DNA of 64,000 nucleotides from Gammaproteobacteria bacterium (GTDB lineage Bacteria; Pseudomonadota; Gammaproteobacteria; CAJXQU01): NCBI GenBank assembly GCA_965238175.1, contig CBDEGZ010000003.1, positions 3,168,001 to 3,232,000 of the forward strand, read 5' to 3'. Shown piece by piece: positions 10,145 to 19,700 of this stretch (position 1 is its first letter; each line of letters starts with the position of its first letter). The notes under the pieces were generated by a model. It saw only the letters and a program-made list of their open reading frames with translations, ran no database searches and was not told where the DNA came from. The position numbers and the translations under genes were made by a program.

Positions 10145-10573
10145 TCAACTAGCAACAACAAATGTCTCGCCGTTATCGTAACGCAAAATAACTGGTAAAC
10201 TATCTGCAAACAAAATAGAAAAATCGTTCCCCTTTTTGTATGCTCCTTTAATTATCTTGTTTTCAAAATTAAGTATAGAGGATATTTCTATATATTTTTG
10301 GCCAGAAAATAAATCTTCTCCTTCATCTGGGGTGCCCTTTTCCCAAAACAAAACTTCCTCATCAATAAAAAATCTAAAAAAAGTCCCTGAAACATTAATA
10401 TAGAAAACATCCATGGAACCAAATATGTCAGTTCCAACGCCAATTAACTGGTTACAAGTTTCTCCCTCGATTTCATTTATACTGGTCTCATAAGTTTGTC
10501 GAACAATATCGATCATCGTATGGGCATTGATTAAGGCTAAAAATCCAGAGTCATCAGTTATTTTGCACTTCAT
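10145..10573 (-). CDS. Hypothetical acidic/aromatic protein, orphan immunity candidate
   Basis: 142-aa AT-rich ORF inside the toxin locus. Confidence 0.55.
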   Translation of the reverse strand: MKCKITDDSGFLALINAHTMIDIVRQTYETSINEIEGETCNQLIGVGTDIFGSMDVFYINVSGTFFRFFIDEEVLFWEKGTPDEGEDLFSGQKYIEISSILNFENKIIKGAYKKGNDFSILFADSLPVILRYDNGETFVVAS

Positions 10574-10707
10574 GATTTTTGATTTTATTAATAATTTATA
10601 CCAGTTTTAGATTATTCGTTTTTAGGTAATGATTGTTTTATATATACCATGTCGCGAATTCATACAATAAGTGCAATTCCTTTGAATAAAAAAGAGGCTG
10701 GAAAATG

Positions 10708-13700
10708 TCAATTGTAAGGCCTGACCCCAATGTTTAGTTCGAGGCCTGTTGGGTAGTCGTTGCTGGCCGGGTAGGTGATGTCTTGTACTCGTCCGAGCGT
10801 GTCGTAATTTGTTTGGGTGAGGTAGGTTTTGTTGGTGGCTTCAAACTGTAGTCTTGTTTCAATTTCATTCGGACGGCCTAGGCTGTCGTAGCGAGTGAAG
10901 ATTTTTTCTTGCTGGCCTTTTTGGCTGTAGATGAGTTTGCCGATGGCCTTATCACTTGCGCCGGTGTTGCTGTGTGAGCCATAGACCCAGAAGCTGTTAC
11001 ATTCCGCGTCTGTGCGTGTGATCATGCGCCCTAGAATATCGTATTCCATGCGGGTGATTTGGCCTTTGGCGTCGGTTTGGCTTATCAGCTCTCCGAGGGC
11101 GTTGTAGCTGTATTCCCAGTCGCCCATGTCGGGGTCGTTCATGGCGATTTTGCGACCACGGGCGTCGTAGTCAATGGTGGTGATGTTGCCGAGGTGGTCA
11201 GTGACTTGGGTTTGGTTGCCCTGTGCATCATATTGGTAATAGGTGTTGAAGCCTAGGTTGTCGGTGGTTTGGATCAATTCGTCACGCGCATTAACTCGCC
11301 GGGTGGTTTTTTGGTTGAGGTGGTTGGTGAGGGTTGATGTTAGTCCCTTATATTCATAACCGGTGGTGCCGTTGGCGTCGGTTTCGGTTAGCGGCCGGCC
11401 GAGGGCGTCGTAGGTGAAGTTGGTCCAGTGAATGGGGCTCTGAAGATAGAAGGGTTGTGAGGTTCGTTTGATTTCACCGCGAATATTGTATTGGGTTGCT
11501 ACACTGATAATGCGGGGGTTAATGATATTTAGATCTGTGTAGACATTGCTGCCAGACAGATCATTTCCAAGACCATAGGTATTGACATATTGAATTCGGC
11601 CGAGTCGGTCAAAGGCTTCCAGAGCAGGCGCACTGCCAGTGCTTTGGGTGGTCAGGGAGGTCTTACAGTATTTAGCACACCAGTTACGAGTAAAGGTGGT
11701 TGTCGTGCTATCTGCCCGTGTCTCTTTTATCTTGCGTCCAAAGCTATCGTATTGCCAGGTGGTCTCCAGACCATTGGGGCCGGTGAGTTTGGTCATGACG
11801 CCAAAGCGCGCATCGTAGGTATGGGTTTCAGATTCGCCCATCGCATTGGTGATTTTGATCGGGAATTGCCCGGTGTTGTGACCGCCGCCGCTATATTCTG
11901 TTCGTGTGCTGCGGGCGGTGATGGCGGTAGATCCGCTGCCGCCCAAGGCGGTGACGCGGGTTTTGTTACCGTAGGCGTCGTATTGATAGGCGGTTTCTAA
12001 TCGAAGTGCGGGGTTATTCGGCTCGATGATTTCTTTCATCAGCATGCCGTGACCATTGATGTCGTATTCAAACGCCGATTTACGGGTTGCGGTCTTGCCG
12101 TTGGCGGTTTGCGTGACGGCGGTGGTGGTTAAGCGGCCTAGGTACCATTTGCTGATGGCGGTACTGGACGCGTCGTAGGTGTTGGTGGTTTCTGTGCGGA
12201 AGGTATTTTGGTCGAGGCCTGCGGTGGCCACTTTAATCGAGATCGGGTTACCATAATCATCGTAGACGTAGTCTGTAACGGTTTGTTTGACCATGGCTCC
12301 GCCGAGTTCGTATGTGACTTGGTTACTGGTTTGAAGATAGGGAAAATAGCTACCGTCGGTTCTTGCCACAACGTTATAGGTGTTGTTGGTTTGACTAATC
12401 AGGCTATTGTCTGCAATCAGGTTGCTACGTGTGTAGGCGACCATGCCGGCGAGTGGGAAGTCTTGATGGAACTCGGTCGCCGCATAGGTGCCTTGGGCTC
12501 TGTTGTAGGCAAACATCCAACGAAAACCAGCAAAACCACGGCCTTTTAGGTGGACTTTGGCGCCTGCATAGGTGTAGTCGACGTCGTTGGTGATGCCGAG
12601 GCCGAGGCCATTGTCATTTTTAACCTTGGAGACTACGTACATCGGGGCTTGGACGTCAAGGTAAGGGTAGCCTGTTGTTTTCGGAACCACATCCGCAGAT
12701 TTACTGTAGACGCTGCTGTCGGTCATCGGTTTGTATTCAATCTCGGTGGGGCTACCAAGGCTGTTGGTGACTTTGATAATGCGCATCTGGGGGCGGGTGT
12801 TGCCGATTCTGCAAGTGATATTATCGTCTTTTTGACTACGAAAACGAATGTAACAAGCGTCGGCGATGGCATCGCCGTTGACATCGGCAAAAATCTCATC
12901 GGTTGTCTTGCTATTCTCAAAATGTGTGTTTACCCCAGTCACCAGTGGCCCAAAGCCACTGCCATTAGAGAGTGCGCATGCACCAAATCTACACGCATCA
13001 ACAAGCCCATCGTTGTTGACGTCTTTCCACTTAAGTTTAACGTTTGTTTCGGGTTCCCTTTGCAATATGTCACATGAAATACCTTCATAGCTGAAACACG
13101 ATTTCTCAGGAACATATAACATTTCTTTTTCAATGGTGTTGGCGAAACCCGTACCGGTATACAAATTACACTTAGCATAAAATCGAGCTTCACTAATGGT
13201 GAATTTATATTGTTGATTCTCCAAAAGGCCTGGAACGAGGGGGGTCTTGCTTTGGATTTCTCCTTCTTTGAAGAGGCCACAGAGATCTTTATTGCCATCG
13301 CCATTGATATCCACCCAGGCGGTGGAGCCAGAGTAACCACTTACTGCATGGGCTGCCGTTTGATAGGGAGTGGGATCAAACCCGGTACCGGTAGAAAGGT
13401 TACAAACCTTACTGTTATCCGTCAGCGTCCGACAAAAATCCACCAGACCATCGCCATTGACGTCTTCCCAGTCACGGATATTTTTTCCATTCGCACCGGT
13501 TCCATAAACTAAACCTGTGCCGATAATAGTCTGACCAAAGCCAGTACCGGTTGAGAGCGTACAGGCGGCACGGTTAGATCCTGTCACTCGACAATAATCC
13601 GCTCGTCCATCACCATTAAAATCCACCCATCGGCGACCCTGCCCCTGCCCCCAGCCTTCCGGTGAGAGGCTACCTGAGAACGCGCTATTTAACCCATTAC

Positions 13701-13879
13701 CAGTTGATGTGTTACAGGCTATCTGTGGATTACTTGAGTTTCCAACGACGCGACAAAAATCCGCCTTGCCATCGCCATTAACGTCGATCCATTCACGGCC
13801 TTCATCATAGCCTTTATTAACGGTAAAACCGGCGCTGATGGGGGTTTGATTAAGCATTGTGCCATTAGAGACATGACAC
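10708..13879 (-). pseudogene. Internal fragment of an FG-GAP / TcdB-middle / YD-repeat (Tc/Rhs-type) protein, truncated at both ends
   Basis: DVNGDGxxDxC repeats, VTNSLGSPTEIEY and GRGFAGF (TcdB midN-like), YD repeats; the frame starts and ends inside CTGACCCC motifs and has no signal peptide or Rhs core. Confidence 0.85.
10721..10728 (+). repeat. CTGACCCC junction motif 1
   Basis: AGGC-CTGACCCC-AATG at the 3' truncation point of the FG-GAP/YD gene. Confidence 0.75.
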
Positions 13880-13904
13880 GAACCAAGGGGTCAGCCAGCT
13901 TGAT
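13880..13904 (-). repeat. REP-like motif 2 (left inverted repeat of RAYT1)
   Basis: GAACCAAGGGGTCAGCCAGCTTGAT; 23/25 inverted match to 14294-14318. Confidence 0.85.
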
Positions 13905-13934
13905 ATTTCACTTTGAAGCAAGTAATCTACCCAA

Positions 13935-14294
13935 ATGGCGCGCCTACCAAGAATAGTTATCCCAGACCAAGCACTGCATATCATGCACAGAGGCAATAAT
14001 CGTCAAGTCATCTTTGAAACAGAAGAAGATTTTATAAGGCTTAAGGATGATATTAACCACTCCTTATTAAAAGCAGACTGTCAGCTTCATGCCTATGTGA
14101 TAATGAATAACCACCTACACTTACTACTTACACCCAAAGATAAAGAGCAGCTCAAAGTCTTTATGCAATCGTTGAGTAATCGCTATGTGCGTTACTTCAA
14201 TGCTGTACGAAAACGAACCGGCACTCTTTGGGAAGGACGCTATAAATCTTGCTTAATCGACAGTGACAACTACCTGTTCACGCTCTATAGATAA
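13935..14294 (+). pseudogene. REP-associated tyrosine transposase (RAYT, HUH/Y1), C-terminally truncated
   Basis: MARLPR...HIMHRGNNRQVIF...YVIMNNHLHLLL (HUH)...RTGTLWEGRYKS; stops at YLFTLYR, just before the expected YIxxNP motif. Confidence 0.9.
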
Positions 14295-14318
14295 TCATGC
14301 TGGCTGACCCCTTGATTC
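14294..14318 (+). repeat. REP-like motif 3 (joint between the two RAYT fragments)
   Basis: ATCATGCTGGCTGACCCCTTGATTC. Confidence 0.85.
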
Positions 14319-14550
14319 ACAGCATCTTAGGTAAGCTTTGCTCATTCTCAGGAGTGGCAAGCAGGTGGACGTGATTGGTCATCAACACGTAGGCGTGGAT
14401 CGAGACACCATAACGCTCTGCTGCATCTTTCAGACAGTCAAGATAAAACCGATAATCCTCTTCAACCGCAAAGATGGCCTCTCGATTATTACCTCGTTGG
14501 ATAAGGTGTTGTGGTTGGTCTTTAACGTAAAAGCGTGCTAATCGTGCCAT
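14317..14550 (-). pseudogene. Second RAYT (HUH/Y1) transposase, N-terminal 77 aa only
   Basis: MARLARF...HLIQRGNNREAIF...YVLMTNHVHLLATP, truncated at motif 3. Confidence 0.9.
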
Positions 14551-14611
14551 TAGACTAATCTTATTAAATGAATAATAAGATTAGTCTAGCTGTAGAAGGG
14601 GTTTATGTCGA
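14551..14611 (-). promoter_or_regulatory. RAYT2 promoter with an overlapping perfect 16-bp hairpin
   Basis: Minus strand TCGACA-17 nt-TAGACT; palindrome TAGACTAATCTTATTA-aatgaa-TAATAAGATTAGTCTA (14551-14588) abuts the ATG. Confidence 0.6.
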
Positions 14612-14629
14612 GTCTGACCCCATTTTATT
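14610..14629 (+). repeat. REP-like motif 4
   Basis: GAGTCTGACCCCATTTTATT; 19/20 direct repeat with 15389-15408. Confidence 0.85.
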
Positions 14630-15389
14630 GTCCGATTATTGTGACTGATGCGGGTTTTCGAACACCTTGGTTTAACTTGATACGTTCGTTAGGTTGGGAT
14701 TTTGTTGGACGAGTAAGGAACCGCACCTTATGCCAACAAGCCTCAGCACCGGACTGGTTTCCAGCTAAGGATTTATATATACGCGCGACAGCAAAACCAA
14801 CGCACTTAGGCGCTTATCAACTGTGCCGCAACACACCGATGGTGGGTCAGTTCGTGGTGGTGCGTAAAAAACCACAAGGCCGAAAAGACAAAACGGCACA
14901 AGGTCATAAGAACCGTCGTAATAGTCATTCGCGCAAACAAGCTGAACGGGAAGCAGAGCCTTGGTTGTTGGTCACCTCATTAATACCAGAAAAAGAGTTT
15001 GCTAAACGAGTGACCAAACTTTATCAGACACGGATGCAAATTGAAGAGAGTTTTAGAGACTTGAAAACAGGGTTGAAGATGAACCTTGGTAATACACGAA
15101 TATTGAAACGTCTGACAGTGTTATTGGTGATTGCTGCGTTAGCTCAGTTTGTTTTATACCTGTTTGGAGTGGTAGTGACGATGGCGAATTTACATCGCCG
15201 TTATCAAGCCAATTCTGTCAAAGATAAAGTCGTATTGTCCTATCAGTTTGTTGGTTTGAGAGCGTTTAAAGATAGAAAATTAAAACTCAAAAAGGATGAT
15301 TGGATGCAGGCCTTTGAACACATACAACAACTCATGAGGGAGCCGTTGTATGTTTAAGTATACTTATCAATTTCGTGGGGATCCCTCAG
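14630..15389 (+). mobile_element. 5'-truncated IS4-family (IS10 group) element with its right terminal inverted repeat
   Basis: IVTDAGFRTPW, EPWLLVTSL, YQTRMQIEESFRDLK (YREK motif); the end TTCGTGGGGATCCCTCAG resembles IS10-type ends. Confidence 0.85.
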
Positions 15390-15408
15390 AGTCTGACCCC
15401 ATTTAATT
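15389..15408 (+). repeat. REP-like motif 5
   Basis: GAGTCTGACCCCATTTAATT directly at the IS4 right end. Confidence 0.85.
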
Positions 15409-15410
15409 TT

Positions 15411-15461
15411 GTGAGAGATGATAAACCCTGGAATGAGCAGCTGGCTCAAGACAGTTGCTGA
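15411..15461 (+). pseudogene. Tiny IS110 3'-end fragment
   Basis: Encodes VRDDKPWNEQLAQDSC*, compared with VRDNKLWSQQLAQDH* at the end of the IS110 relic near 2860-2905. Confidence 0.7.
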
Positions 15462-15472
15462 CCCCATTTAAT
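15458..15472 (+). repeat. REP-like motif 6 (partial)
   Basis: CTGACCCCATTTAAT overlapping the stop codon of the 15468-15965 gene. Confidence 0.75.
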
Positions 15473-15965
15473 GTTCACAAACTGTATCAGCCTTAAGTTT
15501 AATAATGTTCTTATATAAATTGCCGCCTCCATTCGAGATTAATATCCCCTTTTCAGGCAAGAGTATTTTTTCAGCACCATCTTGGCCGTATGCTAAGACC
15601 TGCTTTTCTTCAGACCAAGGTACCTCAACTTTTCGGAATGATTGGCTGAGCTTGATTGCTTGATCGCATGATATTTTTTCAATTAGGATATTTGGATTAA
15701 ACGTCCAAGGGTTTATGATATTTTTCTTATTCCAATAAAGCCTACTAGATTGCCCACTCTCGGTAAGAGGAAGTACAGAATTAACTGATGGATACCAATC
15801 TTTCTGCATTTGTATTTCATACCCTGAGTGAAGTTCCAATCTCTCTTTAAACTCCTCGGTTTTAGACAAAAAATAAAATATTGTGGGAAAGCTCCAAACG
15901 AAAATAATCACTATCATAGAAATAATACAGAGGTACTTAAGCGAAGATACAATTATTTTTTTCAT
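15468..15965 (-). CDS. Putative membrane-anchored immunity protein
   Basis: 165 aa, N-terminal TM helix, AT-rich, immediately downstream of the Rhs C-terminal gene. Confidence 0.65.
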   Translation of the reverse strand: MKKIIVSSLKYLCIISMIVIIFVWSFPTIFYFLSKTEEFKERLELHSGYEIQMQKDWYPSVNSVLPLTESGQSSRLYWNKKNIINPWTFNPNILIEKISCDQAIKLSQSFRKVEVPWSEEKQVLAYGQDGAEKILLPEKGILISNGGGNLYKNIIKLKADTVCEH

Positions 15966-15978
15966 TATCTTTATAGAA

Positions 15979-16767
15979 CTACTTACGGCTGGGAAAAGGT
16001 ATATCTGGAATATTCTTAATAGATTCTAAGGCATCCATGAAATCAGATCCAGATTTTGGCATCTTACTAATTTCATTAAACTTCTGGTTTTGTAAGTCTT
16101 GGCACTTCGACCGATCTACTAAATTTTCAGGACAAGTGAGACACGAGTTTATAGCACTATTTATATTGTTAGTAACCGTTGTATTACTATTAAATTCATC
16201 AATCGAATCTGCTACATCAATCCCTGTCCATATTACACCTGAACCTACAACAAGCCACCATAATATCGGTGCGATCTCACCGGTAGGATCGATACGATTT
16301 AAGGGGTTCCCCCCAACATATCCATAAGTACTCATTCCCCCATCCAGTCCAATCGGGTCACTCGTAACATACCGCCCAATACTCGGATCATACGTCCGAA
16401 AGTAATTATAATGCAGCCCCGTCTCCGCATCAAAATACTGTCCCGGAAAACGTACATTATTCGTCACCGTCTCTGTCGTCACAGTGGCCTTCCCAAACGG
16501 ATCATACCCCGCCTGCCAGACAATATTCTGGTTTGCATCCGTCAGCACCTGTGGGGTGCCCAGATGATCGTTGTGGTAGTAACTGATCTCTGTCGCTGAA
16601 GCACTCGCCGTTAATCCCGCTATAAACAATAGTCTGAACATTTTACTGAGTGTTTTACCTACTTCCATTATTAAACCTGTCATGGGTTTTCTTCCTTTCA
16701 TGGCGATTACTGCTGCCGCTTGTCTTTTTTGATCAATCATGTCGTTGTTTGTTTTCGTCTGTCTCAT
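15979..16767 (-). CDS. Stand-alone Rhs-associated core plus variable C-terminal domain, with a signal-peptide-like N-terminus (start uncertain: 16767, 16668 or 16641)
   Basis: MFRLLFIAGLTASASA|TEISYYHNDHLGTP...RFPGQYFDAETGLHYNYFRTYDP...SDPIGLDGG...IDPTGE, then a hydrophobic segment and Cys-containing C-terminus. Confidence 0.85.
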   Translation of the reverse strand: MRQTKTNNDMIDQKRQAAAVIAMKGRKPMTGLIMEVGKTLSKMFRLLFIAGLTASASATEISYYHNDHLGTPQVLTDANQNIVWQAGYDPFGKATVTTETVTNNVRFPGQYFDAETGLHYNYFRTYDPSIGRYVTSDPIGLDGGMSTYGYVGGNPLNRIDPTGEIAPILWWLVVGSGVIWTGIDVADSIDEFNSNTTVTNNINSAINSCLTCPENLVDRSKCQDLQNQKFNEISKMPKSGSDFMDALESIKNIPDIPFPSRK

Positions 16768-16769
16768 GA

Positions 16770-19700
16770 TTAATTACCCCCACCTACGTATTCCAACTTA
16801 ATCGCATCGGCACTGAAGTTGCCGGTGGTATTGCTGTTGAGTTGGATGTAGCCACCACTGCCTGCATTAAAGGTGTAGGTGCCAGTCAACTCGGTGAAGT
16901 GGCCACCTAAGGCCGGATCGTTTTGCGCCACTATCACGCTGGTGTTTCCTCCGGCGTGGTGGATGACGTATTCTGCCGCTGATGGGCGTGAGCTGTTGTG
17001 GGTGAACCAGACTGATACTTTGTAGGTGCCTGTCGTCACGACAGTCGGTGTCCATTTGAAGTGGCCATTGCCGTTTAACCAGTCTGAACCACGACTGGTA
17101 TTAAGGTAGGTCGGTGAGCTGCCCGAGGATTGCCAGTTGCCTTGGCTTGTTGTATTGCTGTCGCTGTTGTCGACGATGATGTCAGTTACATTCCCACCGC
17201 CACCAGTGCCAGTCACGGTGATAGTAATATTATCCGTGTCGGTTGAGTTTCCACTGTCTGTCGCCGTAGCAGTGATTAGGTGGGTGTTTTCACTTAAACT
17301 GCTCGTGGAGAAGCTACCATTTGTACCAATCTGCCCGTCTTTGTCAGAAGTCCATACCAGTGAAGCACCAACGTTACCATCTTCTGCATCGGTGGCAGTT
17401 GCGGTGAAGGTCACATTTGTTCCGGAGGTCACGCTGCTGTTCGCAACTGGACTGCTGATGGTGACGACTGGTTCAGTGTTCGGTGGGGGTGGGTTACCGC
17501 CACCAACGTATTCCAACTTAATCGCATCGGCACTGAAGTTGCCGGTGGTATTGCTGTTGAGTTGGATGTAGCCACCACTGCCTGTATTGAAGGTGTAGGT
17601 GCCGGTCAACTCGGTGAAGTGGCCACCTAAGGCCGGATCGTTTTGCGCCACGGTCACGCTGGTGTTTCCCCCTGCGTGGTGGATGACGTATTCTGCCGCT
17701 GATGGGCGTGAGCTGTTGTGGGTGAACCAGACTGATACTTTGTAGGTGCCTGTCGTCACGACAGTCGGTGTCCATTTGAAGTGGCCATTGCCGTTTAACC
17801 AGTCTGAACCACGACTGGTATTAAGGTAGGTCGGTGAGCTGCCCGAGGATTGCCAGTTGCCTTGGCTTGTTGTATTGCTGTCGCTGTTGTCGACGATGAT
17901 GTCAGTTACATTCCCACCGCCACCAGTGCCAGTCACGGTGATAGTAATATTATCCGTGTCGGTTGAGTTTCCACTGTCTGTCGCCGTAGCAGTGATTAGG
18001 TGGGTGTTTTCACTTAAACTGCTCGTGGAGAAGCTACCGTTTGTACCAATCTGCCCGTCTTTGTCAGAAGTCCATACCAGTGAAGCACCAACGTTACCAT
18101 CTTCTGCATCGGTGGCGGTTGCGGTGAAGGTCACATTTGTTCCGGAGGTCACGCTGCTGTTCGCAACTGGACTGCTGATGGTGACGACTGGTTCAGCGTT
18201 CGGTGGGGGTGGGTTACCGCCACCAACATATTCCAACTTAATCGCATCGGCACTGAAGTTGCCGGTGGTATTGCTGTTGAGTTGGATGTAGCCACCACTG
18301 CCTGTATTGAAGGTGTAGGTGCCGGTCAACTCGGTGAAGTGGCCACCTAAGGCCGGATCGTTTTGCGCCACGGTCACGCTGGTGTTTCCCCCTGCGTGGT
18401 GGATGACGTATTCTGCCGCTGATGGGCGTGAGCTGTTGTGGGTGAACCAGACTGATACTTTGTAGGTGCCTGCCGTGGCCACAGTCGGTGTCCATTTGAA
18501 GTAGCCATTGCCGTTCAACCAGTCTGAACCACGACTGGTATTAAGGTAGGTCGGTGAGCTGCCAGAGCTACTCCAGTTACCCTGACTCTCTGTATTGCTG
18601 TCGCTGTTGTCGACGATGATGTCAGTTACATTCCCACCGCCACCAGTGCCAGTCACGGTGATAGTAATATTATCCGTGTCGGTTGAGTTTCCACTGTCTG
18701 TCGCTGTAGCAGTGATTAGGTGGGTGTTTTCACTTAAACTGCTCGTGGAGAAGCTACCGTTTGTACCAATCTGCCCGTCTTTGTCAGAAGTCCATACCAG
18801 TGAAGCACCAACGTTACCATCTTCTGCATCGGTGGCAGTTGCGGTGAAGGTCACATTTGTTCCGGAGGTCACGCTGCTGTTCGCAACTGGACTGCTGATG
18901 GTGACGACTGGTTCAGTGTTCGGTGGGGGTGGGTTACCGCCACCAACGTATTCCAACTTAATCGCATCGGCACTGAAGTTGCCGGTGGTATTGCTGTTGA
19001 GTTGGATGTAGCCACCACTGCCTGCATTGAAGGTGTAGGTGCCGGTCAACTCGGTGAAGTGGCCACCTAAGGCCGGATCGTTTTGTGCCACGGTCACGCT
19101 GGTGTTTCCCCCTGCGTGGTGGATGACGTATTCTGCCGCTGATGGGCGTGAGCTGTTGTGGGTGAACCAGACCGACACTTTGTAGGTGCCTGCCGTGGCC
19201 ACATTCGAGATCCATTTGAAGTAGCCATTGCCGTTCAACCAGTCTGAACCACGACTGGTATTAAGGTAGGTTGGTGAGCTGCCCGAGGATTGCCAGTTGC
19301 CCTGACTCTCTGTATTGCTGTCGCTGTTGTCGACAATGATATCGTCTACATTAACATTCACCGGAGGATTATCTGCGCCTGATAACTGCGCAAGTAATGT
19401 CCCATTTAAAAAGATATATTCTTTGATGGAGTCACCCGTATCGTCGCGTTCAGCGAGTAAGGCTCCATCAGGGCCATAGTCAAAATACAGCGTTGTCGCA
19501 CCGGCTTTTTTAACCCGCTCACCATACCCATTGTAGGTATAGGTGTTGGTGTCTGCGCTGCTTATCCGGTTGTGAGCACCATAGGTGAAGTTGCTTTCTG
19601 GGTGGTTGGTAATGTTACCGTTGTTGTCATAGCTATATTGCGCGGTATTACTGCCTGTAATTTGATCAAGGCGGTGTGTATTTGGGACGTAGTTGTAGGT

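Noticed and set aside
14605-15357. 250-aa ORF as an intact transposase
   Set aside because: Its first codons (MSSLTPFY) come from the junction motif; the N-terminus and left end of the IS4 element are missing
16867-19215. Repeated alternative-frame and antisense ORFs (MDTDC..., MPWLVV...)
   Set aside because: Shadows of the coding tandem repeat; they recur only because the DNA repeats
16775-19340. Long repeats as a CRISPR array or mobile element
   Set aside because: The 720-bp in-frame coding units have no unique spacers, and no cas genes are present
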